DNA of 64,000 nucleotides from Octopus sinensis (Eukaryota), in contig NC_042998.1 in NCBI RefSeq assembly GCF_006345805.1, forward strand, positions 193,502,001 to 193,566,000. Direction: 5' to 3'. This document shows, in pieces, positions 11,380 through 22,604 of this stretch. Under the pieces are notes generated by a model, which searched no databases, was not told the origin of the DNA, and saw nothing but the letters and a program-made list of their open reading frames with translations. Numbering within the stretch: position 1 is the first letter of the stretch; each line of letters starts with the position of its first letter. The position numbers were made by a program, and so were the translations under genes.

Positions 11380-12147
11380 TGTATGTATGTATGTATGTAT
11401 GTATGTATATATGTATGTATGTATGTATACATATACACACGTACACACTCACACAACCACCCACATATGTATAAGATAGAGTTCAATAACTGTGAGATTT
11501 GACTGCTATGTCTAGTATGTGACCATGTGGAAGCTCTATTACCGACTTGTCTCTCGGTGAGTAACTGCAATAGGTCAACCAGTAGAATAACTCCACTGAA
11601 ATGGAGATTTAGAATATTATATCTGATTTTATTCTACTGAACAAGATCTTCACTTTTATATGGAGAAGTGACGTTTTGCAAACAATATCTTATTTCTTTT
11701 TTAGTAGACATTCCTTTGTCTCTACAGCTTAAGCCAAAAAAAAGTATATTGATTGAATAATCAAAATATGATTAGAAAGCATCATTTCATAATTATAGCA
11801 CTGAGAGTGAATTGTGTTTCTTTTGATTTAATCAATCAATTCAATCAATCAATATTCATTTATCTAACACAAGTGTGATAAATAGAATGCATTGCTAGAC
11901 ATTTCTGCTTTATTTCTCCCTACAACCAATCAAATGCATTTTTGAATGAGTGATTGGATCTATTGATTGCAGATGAGTGCATTTCTAAGCTGCCTATTGT
12001 GGCAGAAACAAGTTTAATATTGTAATTTAAGGAAGCATTATTTCGACACCACTCCCAGTGCTTTCAGTGGTAACATGTATATCTTCCGGATACGTATTTA
12101 CATAGAGGCACATAAAATCAGTAATAAATAAGAATTAATCACTGCAC

Positions 12148-12533
12148 TCTGAGACATTAAGAAATTCAATATTTCTAATTCCGGTGATCAGTAAATAAAT
12201 TTTACTGAAAATAGGATATATTTGCGAAGAGGTTGTAGTCATCTCAGCGAGCGAGACTGACTACCCTGAACTGACGACGAGCAATAGACTCAGAAACATA
12301 TGTCTTCAGGTGCCTTGTCCCAGCTGGCGGGGTTGATTGCCTCCCCTTTGCAAATATAAGGACACAGAAAATGTGTCAAAGCCGACAGGAAACGTCGATG
12401 TTTCCTAGGGCTAAATGGCGGTGGTGTAATTCCCTTACGGGACTGTCACATTGAGTTGACAGTATACGACCATTATATCGCTCCACCACCGCTCATGTCT
12501 CTCTGAGACATTTAGAAATTCAATATTTCTAAT
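12148..12533 (+). mobile_element. Penelope-like terminal repeat in partial-tandem arrangement, homologous to 43081-43451
   Basis: The 3' end CTCTGAGACATT.AGAAATTCAATATTTCTAAT occurs directly repeated at 12148 and 12502. 12271-12533 aligns with 43256-43451 and, inverted, with 43081-43250. Carries a hammerhead. Confidence 0.75.
12265..12310 (+). ncRNA. Minimal type-I hammerhead ribozyme motif
   Basis: CCTGAA-CTGACGA-C GAG CAATAGA CTC A-GAAAC ATAT GTC|TTCAGG. Perfect 6-bp stem I, intact CUGANGA and GAAA core, palindromic stem III ACATATGT, canonical GUC. Confidence 0.75.
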
Positions 12534-12784
12534 AACTGCAGTTTCTCTGACGGGGAATTCTACCTCAAATTTTAACTTTTCTTCCAGGCAGCAAATCACT
12601 ATTTTCCTTTTCTGAACGGTTTACACCCACTAATTGCCATTAGAGACCAGCACTACAGAACTAGTTTGCTCTGATCCTGGCACTTGGTTATTTTCACTGC
12701 GGAGGTGGCGGTGGCTGCAGCTTTGTCATAGAACCCGATACCTTGACACATTTTTGAGTTGAAAACTGCCATAGGCTTGTCAAA

Positions 12785-13378
12785 TATTTATCAACACTTA
12801 AACGTGGATGTTCTGTGAGAAAAAACTACACTGCGTTAGATACGACGAGAGAAATTCTCATATTGGCTTATGGATAAAAAAAATACTCTCGTTTGTATCG
12901 TTTAGCGAGGAAATAAATTCCCGCCATCACCAGCAACGAAACCACCAGCTCACGTGATTTCGACTTTTCTTGGTCTTGTCAATGACGGACGTACAACCGC
13001 TAGAGATAGCAGCGACTCATTTCTCCGCTAGTGATATATAGAACATCAGTGCCAGAAGAAGCACTGGAGTCACGATTACCCAGTCAGCTTGTTGAAGATA
13101 TATATATATTAGCGACAGAGGCAGTATTAATACCGGGAGATAATATTTATCCCCACTTGAAAGTCGATGTTCTGTTAGAACAAACTATACTGCTGTAGTT
13201 ACCACGAGAAAAACTCACATTCTGGCTTTTGGTGCAAAACGCACTCTTGTCTATGTCGCTAGCGGGGAGGTAAATCATCGCCACTTCCAGTGCCGGGACC
13301 ATCAGATCACGTGATTTCGACCACCCTTGGTCTTATCAAGGACTAACGTTCGACCGACAGAGATAGCAGCAACTCAAT
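12785..13378 (+). pseudogene. Two diverged direct copies (12785-13020 and 13144-13378) of an unidentified, decayed coding-like segment
   Basis: Frame-corrected translations align: YLSTLKRGCSVRKNYTALDTTREILILAYG / YLSPLESRCSVRTNYTAVVTTRKTHILAFG ... HQLT*FRLFLVLSMTDVQPLEIAATH / HQIT*FRPPLVLSRTNVRPTEIAATQ. Many differences are synonymous. Confidence 0.4.
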
Positions 13379-13939
13379 ATATTCAGTTTATGTTATTCTA
13401 AATCTATCACTAGTATATTATATATTCTTACCTCTTTAAATTACCTGTTAATTTACAGGATTAACTTTATTTACAGCAGTTTCTTATCGCACTCACCAGG
13501 AATATTCACCTGGTATGTGTGTTATAAATATAAACAGCGCATAAAGTAGTTAAATATTTACATTATCTATAAAATAATAGCCTTGTTGACAAGGATTTCG
13601 TTACATTCACTTATTTCCTTTACTTTCAAATTCAACTAAACTAACTTACATTTCCTCGTAATATAATGAAACACACCAACAAATTATATTACATGTAATG
13701 CATTCACATATATATAGAATAAATAACCAAACACCACACGAATGTTTGGATTGTGAATAAGGTTAGCTGGGTCACAGTGACAAACCAGTGACTTGGTAGC
13801 ATGTTTCATATTTTGGCAATTCTTTTAGATGCTTATGTTGTCAGGAGCAAGCATAAAAGTTCCATAAAAGTTCCTACCGCTGACTCTACAGAACATCAAT
13901 AATATGGTAGCTAGAAAGAGTGAGAGAGAGGTGGGGTTG

Positions 13940-14060
13940 CACAAGCACTCAGTTGGTACTCGTTTCAGCTAAGGAGATTGGAGCAGCATGACATAGAGTA
14001 CCTTGCTCAAGAACACAATCCATTACACAGTGGAAGAATCGAATCTTCAAACTTATGATA
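13940..14060 (-). mobile_element. SINE-D-type central-domain fragment
   Basis: Minus strand TGTGTTCTTGAGCAAGGTACTCT...TGCTCCA.TC..C.TAGCTG matches the domain in 56417-56744. Confidence 0.6.
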
Positions 14061-14084
14061 TGTATGTGTGTGTGTGTTCAAAAC

Positions 14085-14086
<2 letters not shown>

Positions 14087-14165
<79 letters not shown>
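14087..14165. repeat. (GATA)n microsatellite
   Basis: Direct periodicity. Confidence 0.97.
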
Positions 14166-14166
<1 letters not shown>

Positions 14167-14364
14167 TGTGTACATATGATGTGTTTAGTGTTTAGTGTCT
14201 GTGTGCGTGCGTTTGTGTGTGTGTTCAACATTCGTTCTATGAAACTATAGAACCATAACTATGAAAACTTTATGCACGAGAAAAATATTACATTCTAAAG
14301 GTGGAACCAGAACATGGCTGCAGTTTAATGACTGAAGCCTATAACAGAAAATACAAACAGCCTC

Positions 14365-14990
14365 ATGCATGCATATATACATGCATACATACATACATAC
14401 ATACATACATACATACACACATACATACATACATGCATACATACATACATACATACATGCATACATACATACATACATACATACATACATACATACATAC
14501 ATACATTAATACATACATACATACATACATACATACATACGTACATACATACATACATACATACATACGTACATACATACATACATACAAAAACACTGCG
14601 TTACTGATGTTGAAATTCCAATGAAGGAGCCTTGAATCTAGGCTAGAAACCGGCTCTTTGTCTATTGGCAAGAAATCTTGAAATAAAATTGAACATTGGC
14701 ATACATACATACATACATACATACATACATACAACATACATACATACATACATACACACATACATGCATACATACATACATACATACACACACACATACA
14801 TACATACATACATACTTACATACATACATACACACATACATACATACATACATACATACATACATACATACGTACGTACGTACGTACATACATACATACA
14901 TACATACATACATACATTAATACATACATACATACATACATACATACATACATACATTAATACATACCTACTTACATACATACACACATT
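14365..14990. repeat. (ATAC)n array split by a Dong/R4 terminal module
   Basis: Direct periodicity on both sides of 14589-14700. Confidence 0.95.
14589..14700 (+). mobile_element. Dong/R4 LINE 3'-terminal module (~110 bp)
   Basis: GTTGAAATTCCAATGAAGGAGCCTTGAATCTAGGCTAGAAACCGGCTC...AAATCTTGAAATAAAA is homologous to the ends of the ORF-bearing copies at 54495-55018 and 60750-61507. Confidence 0.8.
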
Positions 14991-15085
14991 ACACAGATGC
15001 ATACGTACAAACACGGATATGTATGAATGTTTGTGTGTGTGGGAGAGAGAGAGAGAGAGAGAGTGTGTGTATGTGTGTGTATGTG

Positions 15086-15140
<55 letters not shown>

Positions 15141-15520
15141 ATTATGTAATTAATTTCTTGGACGTATTTACATTAAAAAAATATGAACAAACTGACGGGT
15201 GCTCGAGAATGCCCTCAAATATACATCTGACCATATATTATCTTCCCGTTATTAAACGTTACTTAACTGTCATATCAAACACTATTAAGATTGCATTGGT
15301 TGGATTAATAGTTAAATGACAGAAAGAGACTATTGAAAAATCAAGCCAGACACTGAAACTGCTTCTGTTTCTGAAACGCCCAAGAGAAAATCGAAATAAT
15401 ATAAAGACAATTTACAAATGGCAATTCAAAATGTCGGGTTAGTGTAAAAGTAAGATAGTTATTGAAGCAATGTCATATTATCTGTCTGACTTACCTGGTT
15501 TTAACGTAAACTCGGATAAT

Positions 15521-15905
15521 CTTTTTTACACAAAGAAAGATAAATATATTAAAATCGATGAGATTTAGGAAATATTTATTGGACAACAGCAAGAAAGTGG
15601 TATTTTCAAATTCTTCACTAATATTAATTGTATATCGATCAATTTATTTATCTTTATATGTAAATATCCATCTACGTAATAACAAATAGAAATGCAGATA
15701 GATTGATTGGCATACAGAGAGAGAGAAAGATAGACACTCGTTCATACATATGTATACACATATGTATGTATGTATGATGTATGTATGTACGTATGTGTAT
15801 GCCATTAGCATTGAGGAATAATTTGATTAAAATGCTTTCTTCTTTTTGTCTTATAGATATTTCCCTAATTTCATCGATTTTAATATATTTACCTTCCTTT
15901 GATAA
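15521..15905. repeat. Old inverted repeat pair (~105-bp arms, 15521-15635 / 15800-15905)
   Basis: AAAG.AAG.TAAATATATTAAAATCGATGA.ATT.GGAAATAT is present in opposite orientations, roughly three-quarters identical by eye. Confidence 0.7.
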
Positions 15906-15940
15906 AACATGAATAAATGTGTGTGTATGTAGATATATAA

Positions 15941-15975
<35 letters not shown>

Positions 15976-16139
15976 CATACATATATATACATATATATAC
16001 ATATATATAATAAATATATTTATATATATATTTATATACACACATATATGTATGTATGCATGTATGTAAACACACACACACATATATATATTGTATATAT
16101 TGAGAGAGAGATGCATACACACACATATAAACACCAACT

Positions 16140-16258
16140 GGTGTACCAGGCTTTAAAAAAATAAACATTGAGTTCGATTCTTTCGACTAAAATTCTTCTA
16201 TCTGATGTCCCAGCATGGCCGCAGTCTAATGACTGAAACAAGTAAAAGATGAAAGATA
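16140..16258 (+). mobile_element. 3' end of a SINE-A-related family
   Basis: TCGATTCTTTCGACTAAAA...CCCAGCATGGCCGCAGTCTAATGACTGAAACAAGTAAAAGAT. Confidence 0.75.
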
Positions 16259-17129
16259 TATTCATACACACACACACACATAATTGTTGCTATGAAATAT
16301 CATTCTCTTCACCCTATTTTCTCCACTCTTAAAAATGTCGTAGCATCTTGCTCATAGAAATGAAATCTATTCCCAGCTTCCCAGCAGTTTACTTGCCATG
16401 CTTTCATTTTTCTCTACTATCATCATTGCCTTTCTTAATGTTAAGAATTTGCTTTGAAATAGCTGTATAAGCCTCTTATTGGCCTTAAAGAACGCCAACA
16501 AGGGAATTCTGGGGCAGCTGAGTGTTAAGTGTTCTCGTTGACGTTTTCCGTTGTCATCCTATGTAAGATAACTTTAAAAGAAGTCTCATTTAACGTAGTC
16601 ATTTATTGGAGGTAGCATGAAATATTTTTGTATCGCAAATTCCTCGGAAAAGAAAAGGTAACGATCATGATTTTCGTAAGCCTTTCCCAAATTGCTAAAA
16701 TTAATACGACTGCTGTTGTCAGCAGGTCGATGTCTACATATGATTAGCGAAAGCATGCGGGATTATGCTAGATCATAGTGCATGCAAAATGCGTGCGAGG
16801 AAAAAAACTGAGGTGTGTAGGCCCGAATGCTTGCTACAAAATGAACTCTTCTAAAGGACGAAAATCAAAGCTGTGCTGTTGAGTAACTCCAGATCAACTC
16901 TGATCGAACAGATGCATGTTCAGTGGCATTCCAATCGTGATTATGCCATTCTTTAAATATCCATAGCTATATTTTCCAATTTCTGTTGTCTTGCCGTTTT
17001 TAAAACGGTATGGTATTTTTATGATGTTTGGTTACTATATCTGGCCATTCACACGACTGGATGCGCAGAGCCTTAGGGCTCAGGAGAGTTGGTTAAAGCA
17101 CATATAAATGCGAGTTTGGTTCATGCACT

Positions 17130-17195
17130 GCACAATGCGTTGTACCCATGAGTAAGGCCCTTCATTTCACATTGCTCCAGTCTACTCAACTGAAA
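17130..17195 (+). mobile_element. SINE-D-type central-domain fragment
   Basis: GCGTTGTACCCATGAGTAAGGCCCTTCATTTCACATTGCTCCAGTCTACTCAACTG. Confidence 0.55.
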
Positions 17196-17580
17196 ATAAG
17201 ATTCCGCCGAGCTCTGACGCAGATCTTTCTCTCCCTTTAATTGCCAAAATCTCAATGGCTCAAATGAGGAGAGAGCCGGTCGGGTCATAAAGTGACCAAT
17301 GGTTTCGCACTCACAAGGCGCTCGTACGACAATCAACATGGCAGGATCCAGTTAAACATGCATTTCTTCGCGCCGTTCACCTTTGATGACGGATCTTTGT
17401 GCTTGAAATACAGAAATTATTTAACTTTCACTTTTTGTATTGTAAGGAGCTCTCCGTGTTCATTATTAGTTATTTTACTTCTATATCATAATGCTACAAG
17501 CGAAATACGATGCTCTTCATACGCACACACACGTGCTCACACACTCACATATACACACACACGTGCATACATACATGTAT

Positions 17581-17612
<32 letters not shown>

Positions 17613-17858
17613 AATATATACCACCAAGTAAGTTAGGGGTTATGGATCCAACTCACTATAGGCTGAAACAGCTGTAGGGGTGATTTTAATGATTTCAATA
17701 ATTTATATTATGATTTTTATAATTGTATTCTTATCTTATATGTATTGAATTATAATGCATATGTGTATGCTATTAAGGTTGTCAATAAATAAGTCAACAT
17801 TCTAATATCCGAAAGCTGATGAACCAACTAAATTGTTTCTCTATTTAATTATTTGTAT

Positions 17859-17919
<61 letters not shown>

Positions 17920-18043
17920 ATTATATATAATATATATATATATAATAATAATTATTATTATTATATGAATATAATCGTACATATATATATATATATACAT
18001 ATAATAATAATAATTATTATTATTATATGAATATAACCGTATA

Positions 18044-18103
<60 letters not shown>

Positions 18104-18134
18104 AATACATAAATATAACTGTATATATATATAT

Positions 18135-18528
18135 TCTTTCCTTTTGTTTGTTTCAGTCATTTCACTGCGGCCATGCTGGAACAACGCCTTTAGCCGAAAA
18201 AATCGACCCCATGACTTATTATTTGTAAACCTGGTATTTATTCTATCGGCCACTTTTGTTGAACCGCTAAGTTACGGGGGACGTAAACACACCAACATCG
18301 GTTGTCAAGCGATGATGGAAGAACTAACACAGATACACACACTCACATACAAACATATACATAAATATACATATACAACAGGCTTCTTTCAGTTTCCGTC
18401 TATGAAATCCACTCAAAAGGCTTTGGTCGGCCTGTGGCTATAGTAAAAGATACATGTCTAAGATTCAGTGAGGCTGAACCCGGAACCATGCGGTTGGTAA
18501 GCAAGCTTCTTGCCATACAGCCACGCCT
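18135..18528 (-). mobile_element. SINE-A copy whose head is interrupted by a SINE-B
   Basis: Reverse complement of SINE-A. The remaining head bases CCTGCGCCT lie at 18765-18773. Confidence 0.88.
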
Positions 18529-18532
18529 TATT

Positions 18533-18764
18533 TTTTATTTCTTTACTACCCACAAGGGGCTAAACATAGAGGGGACAAACAAGAACAGACAAAGGGTTTA
18601 AGTCGATTACATTGACCCCTGTGCGTAACTGGTACTTATTTAATCGACCCCGAAAGGATGAAAGGCAAAGTCGACCTCGGCGGAATTTGAACTCAGAATG
18701 TAACGGCAGATGAAATACTGCTAAGTATTTCGCCCGGCGTGCTAACGTTTCTGCCAGCTCGCCA
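18533..18764 (-). mobile_element. SINE-B (tRNA-derived, GGCGAGCTGGCAGAAACGTTAGCACG head), full length
   Basis: B-box GAGTTCAAATTCC, GTCGACTTTGCCTTTCATCCTTTCGGGGTCGAT domain, tail GTGGGTAGTAAAGAAATA. Several further copies are in the window. Confidence 0.92.
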
Positions 18765-19394
18765 CCTGCGCCTGACCACACAGCCACGCCTGTTTATATA
18801 ACTGCTCTCTAAGATGCAAATGACACTTCTCCAAAAATATTAAGTGTTATGGATCTCCTTTTCCTGATGGAAGAAAATTACCACTCAAATATGATAGGCC
18901 CAGTGGTATTTTTACCTCAAAAATATTAAGTATTTAAGTATTGGAATTTTACATTAAAAAAATGTTCAAGTGTCTTCGCAGCAATTGTTAGATGTGTTAG
19001 ATGTGTACTTGTGGACTGGTTGATTAAGACAAGATACAGCCTTGTTCTGTGACAGTAACAGCGCGTATTGTAATCCATTTAAATATGGAATCTGGCTTTT
19101 AATTAGATAATTTTTTTCTTCTTTCACTCCAAATATATAATTACATAATTCAGGTGCAGTATCTGGAATTGAAAATCGGACTGAAATCACAAGTGTTTGA
19201 AGTGGCTGGATTTTTTTTATCAATTGAAATTTATTAATTTCCATTTGATTTGGTGAAATATGTTTTGTTTTACCATTCTACAACCGGTAATGAAACTGTT
19301 TCGATTTCACAGAGAAAATTCAGAGGCAAAAATTCAAAAAGTGAAAGCTATTTTAAAACAAATGTCTAAGTTGTGTGTACAGACAGCAAAAGCA

Positions 19395-20285
19395 GTGGAG
19401 GCGCAATAGCCCAATGGTTAGGGCAGCGGACTCGCGGTCGGAGGATCGCGGTTTCGATTCCCAGACCGGGCGTTGTGTGTGTTTATTGAGCGAAAACACC
19501 TAAAGCTCCACGAGGCTCCGGTAGGGCTGGTGGCGACCCCCGTTGTACTCTTTCGCTCCAACTTTCTCTCACTCTTTCTTCCTGTTTCTTGTCCCCGACT
19601 TCCTGCAGGGACATGTGCATTCATCCATCCGTCGATGCTCTCGGTGTCGGGGGTTGACCTGCTTCCTCTTCTGCGGGTCTTACGAATAGCAAAGGACCAC
19701 GTTTCGGACTTCTTCCACTAGGACGAAGACCGCTACGCTCAACAGCAATAGAAACCTGCGGAAGCCACTGCTGGTGTCAAGGCGCTCCAGAAAAGTTGGA
19801 AGTGATTACCTCGTTATGAGTAAATGAAGAGGACAAGGAAGTCAAAGTGCTACATCCTTTGGCTATAATCAATAATGTTACCCCCATCGTCCAATGACAA
19901 TGTTGTATAGACCCAAAATGACCAAAAGCGACAAGCTGCGGAAGACAGTACGAGAAGGCAAGCAAAAGTTGAGAGAGACGCGTTATCTTACTTCGCAGAG
20001 CAGTTCACAGCTATTCACATTACAAACGACGAACTGATGGAACGTAAATCAGATTCGCAATCAAAGTTGAAAAGATAAGCAAACTCGCAACCGTTGCAAC
20101 GACGGAAACATTTACACGCACCAAAGCTGCTACTCACAAAGAAAACTGAAACAAACCGAAAACCAAACTCGCAACAATAACAAAAGTAATAAAAACAACT
20201 ACAACCGTGCACAGATAAATCTCTCTACATCGCCCTTGGACGGAGAAACGATAAGTTGATAATGTATAGAACCAAGGACCAAGGA

Positions 20286-20288
<3 letters not shown>
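19395..20288 (+). mobile_element. SINE-C head and body fused to a ~690-bp unrelated segment
   Basis: 19395-~19600 matches 30322-~30520, then diverges completely. Ends at (TA)n. Confidence 0.7.
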
Positions 20289-20329
<41 letters not shown>

Positions 20330-20427
20330 TGTATTTCGGGATGGTCTTTTTTTTGCTAAATAAACACGCACTATATATTCGTTCTTTACTGGCTTATTAC
20401 TGTTCTTATTATAAATATATAATAATA

Positions 20428-20465
<38 letters not shown>

Positions 20466-20473
20466 TAATAAAT

Positions 20474-21024
20474 GCCCTGATGCAGTACCAGGCATTGGCT
20501 CTCATGGCTTCTTATCTTAACTGATTGGAAGTGTTATCATGTTCATTGTTTTGTCTTGGTATAAAAAGATGGGCTACAGCAAATATTCTGCTCAATACCA
20601 CAGATTTGCTTGTCAGTTGTTTGACCGTAACCAGTTGAGCATGTCCCTTAGTGGCTGACGATATGTGCATCTCTGATCACAAGCAGAAGTAGTGGGGGAG
20701 CATCATAGCCATGTGTTGAGAGGGATTCTTGGGGGGTTTGAATATTCACCTCTGGAAACATGGGTGGTTCTTTCAACATCCTAAACAACCCTTATTCAGG
20801 GACTTTTGAGCGGGATGGGCTACTCAACCTGAAGAAAATTCTAACTGGGGCCCCACCTGCAAGGTCATGTGCTGTTTATCTGATGAGATCACCATGTCGC
20901 GCACATATGGTTGTGTGATGCATGTGCCTGGTGTACCTTATCAGACGGGTAGTCATGATGGGTATATTGGGCTTCGTATATTTTATCCCGTGTCACTTTG
21001 ATGGCATGCACTGCTCTCTCACTC
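20474..21024. mobile_element. ~550-bp interspersed repeat embedded in (AAT)n
   Basis: Sharp boundaries with (AAT)n on both sides, higher GC than the flanks, no ORF. Repeat status is recalled, with only one copy here. Confidence 0.6.
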
Positions 21025-21074
21025 AATAATAATAATAATATAATAATAATAATAATAATAATAATATAATAATA

Positions 21075-21118
<44 letters not shown>

Positions 21119-21200
21119 TAATAGGGAGTATAACTCCAAACTTACAGGGAAAAATTCTATTTAGTATTAAATCAAATTTCACAATATAAATATATAAATA

Positions 21201-21810
21201 TAATTAGAGATAAAACCACTATTATGCAACTCAAACAGTGATAGACATAAACCAAAGTATAGTAGCAAATAAAATATATTTTTATAAAACTTATAACTAG
21301 ATCTCAAAAAGTATAAAAATGAATGATCAATATGTAATAAGTAAAAATTCTACGTACGTTTCATGGCTACAATTAAATTCGAATTACAATTAAATTTAAA
21401 TTCAATTGAAATAAATTCAATTTAAAATTATAGTCAATCTTCAGGTTAGCGATAATAGTTAAATAAATAAGCAAATAGAGTTAAACAATATTTATTTTTA
21501 AAATAAATAAATAATAATTTTTCTTATAGAAAAAACTCCATTAACTAATATTGAAACTTAAAACATTAGAATTATTTCCTACAACACATTTATTATGTTA
21601 AATATCTAATACAATTACAAAGGTGCTGTCTGTTGGTGCTATCCCGGATGTATGCAGAGTATTCAATTTGTTTGAAAGCGGATTACATGTAGTTGAGGCT
21701 AATGCACATTAGAGAGGTGTTTTATAAAAATATATTTTATTTGTTATTTATACTTTGGTTTATGTCTATCATTGTTTGAGTTGCATAATAGTGGTTTTAT
21801 CTATAATTTA
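21201..21810 (-). mobile_element. Penelope-like terminal region with an inverted ~90-bp terminus
   Basis: 21201-21290 is the reverse complement of 21721-21810. 21612-21712 is shared with 22285-22395. Carries a hammerhead relic. Confidence 0.72.
21341..21450 (-). ncRNA. Hammerhead-like motif with long AT-rich stem II and broken stem I
   Basis: Minus strand: CTGAAGA-TTGACTATAATT...AATTGTAGCCAT-GAAAC GTAC GTA|GAATT. Palindromic stem III is ACGTACGT. Stem I pairs only 1 bp. Confidence 0.45.
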
Positions 21811-21824
21811 TACTTTTGATATAG

Positions 21825-21879
<55 letters not shown>

Positions 21880-22039
21880 CTATAAAAATTTTAAGTCTTC
21901 AGGCTTTTACTGATCAAATACCAAGATGTGAAAAATTTAACCATGAATACATCTATTGAATGCTTTGAGTAAACACAAAACCCAGGGTACCCAGTTGTCA
22001 CCGTTAAATTTTAAATTCACTTTTGTACTTCGCTCGTTT

Positions 22040-22600
22040 TTTTGACGAAGTAGAAAAAAAAATGAAGATTGGGCCCCTACTCACAGTCTTTACAATAAGT
22101 CCGGTCAGACATCGACCGTCACACTCTGTTGAATACTTGAATAACTACGTTTCGAGGAGGATTTCGGCGAAGAATTAAACTATATCTTATGGAGAACTTT
22201 CAGGCTAAACACTATAGACACTCTCTCGAGATCTCTGTCCTTTTAGTGCTACTAAGGAGCGATAACAGTTTCTGATCTGCTCTACAATTACAAAGGTGCT
22301 GTCAGTTGGTGTTATCCCGGGTGTATGTAGAGTATTGAAACTGTCTGAAAGCGGATTACAACATGTAGTTGAGGCTACTGCACATTAGAGACAATGAGAG
22401 GAGTATCAGTAGCACGTAGTACACAGGTAGATGTTGTTATGTCAGAAGTCATTATAGAATCATTAGGTAAGACTGAGGGTGAATGTAGTTGATTATGTAC
22501 ATATATACTGAAACATGTTTGTGAGTGAAGGGTTGGTAATAAGTCGAATGATATTTCGATTTTAAAGAAACTACAGGAAGCATTTTGTATTGAAATCAAT
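22040..22600 (-). mobile_element. Penelope-like 3' region (GIY-YIG C-terminal tail plus pLTR relic), interrupted by SINE-A
   Basis: ISIQNASCSFFKIEISFDLLPTL resembles a PLE endonuclease C-terminus. Shares ~100 bp with 21612-21712. Relic TAGC-CTGAAAG...CTC-GAAAC GTA|GTTA at 22142-22207. Confidence 0.55.
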
Positions 22601-22604
22601 ATAT

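Noticed and set aside
14589-14624. Recurring LKFQ* peptide at 14624, 55531 and 61432, first read as the Dong ORF terminus of uniformly truncated copies
   Set aside because: The true ORF end (GTVK.CKTF.KF) lies upstream of the array at ~60766-60807, so LKFQ* is incidental translation of the UTR module.
17313-17399. Minus-strand exon candidate (87 nt, GTGAGT donor)
   Set aside because: Stops in all three frames and a weak exonic donor context.
19400-19472. tRNA gene-like sequences at the heads of SINE-A, -B, -C and -D (for example also 30326-30397)
   Set aside because: They continue into SINE bodies with tails and TSDs, and the cloverleaf and anticodon arms are degenerate. They are not tRNA genes.
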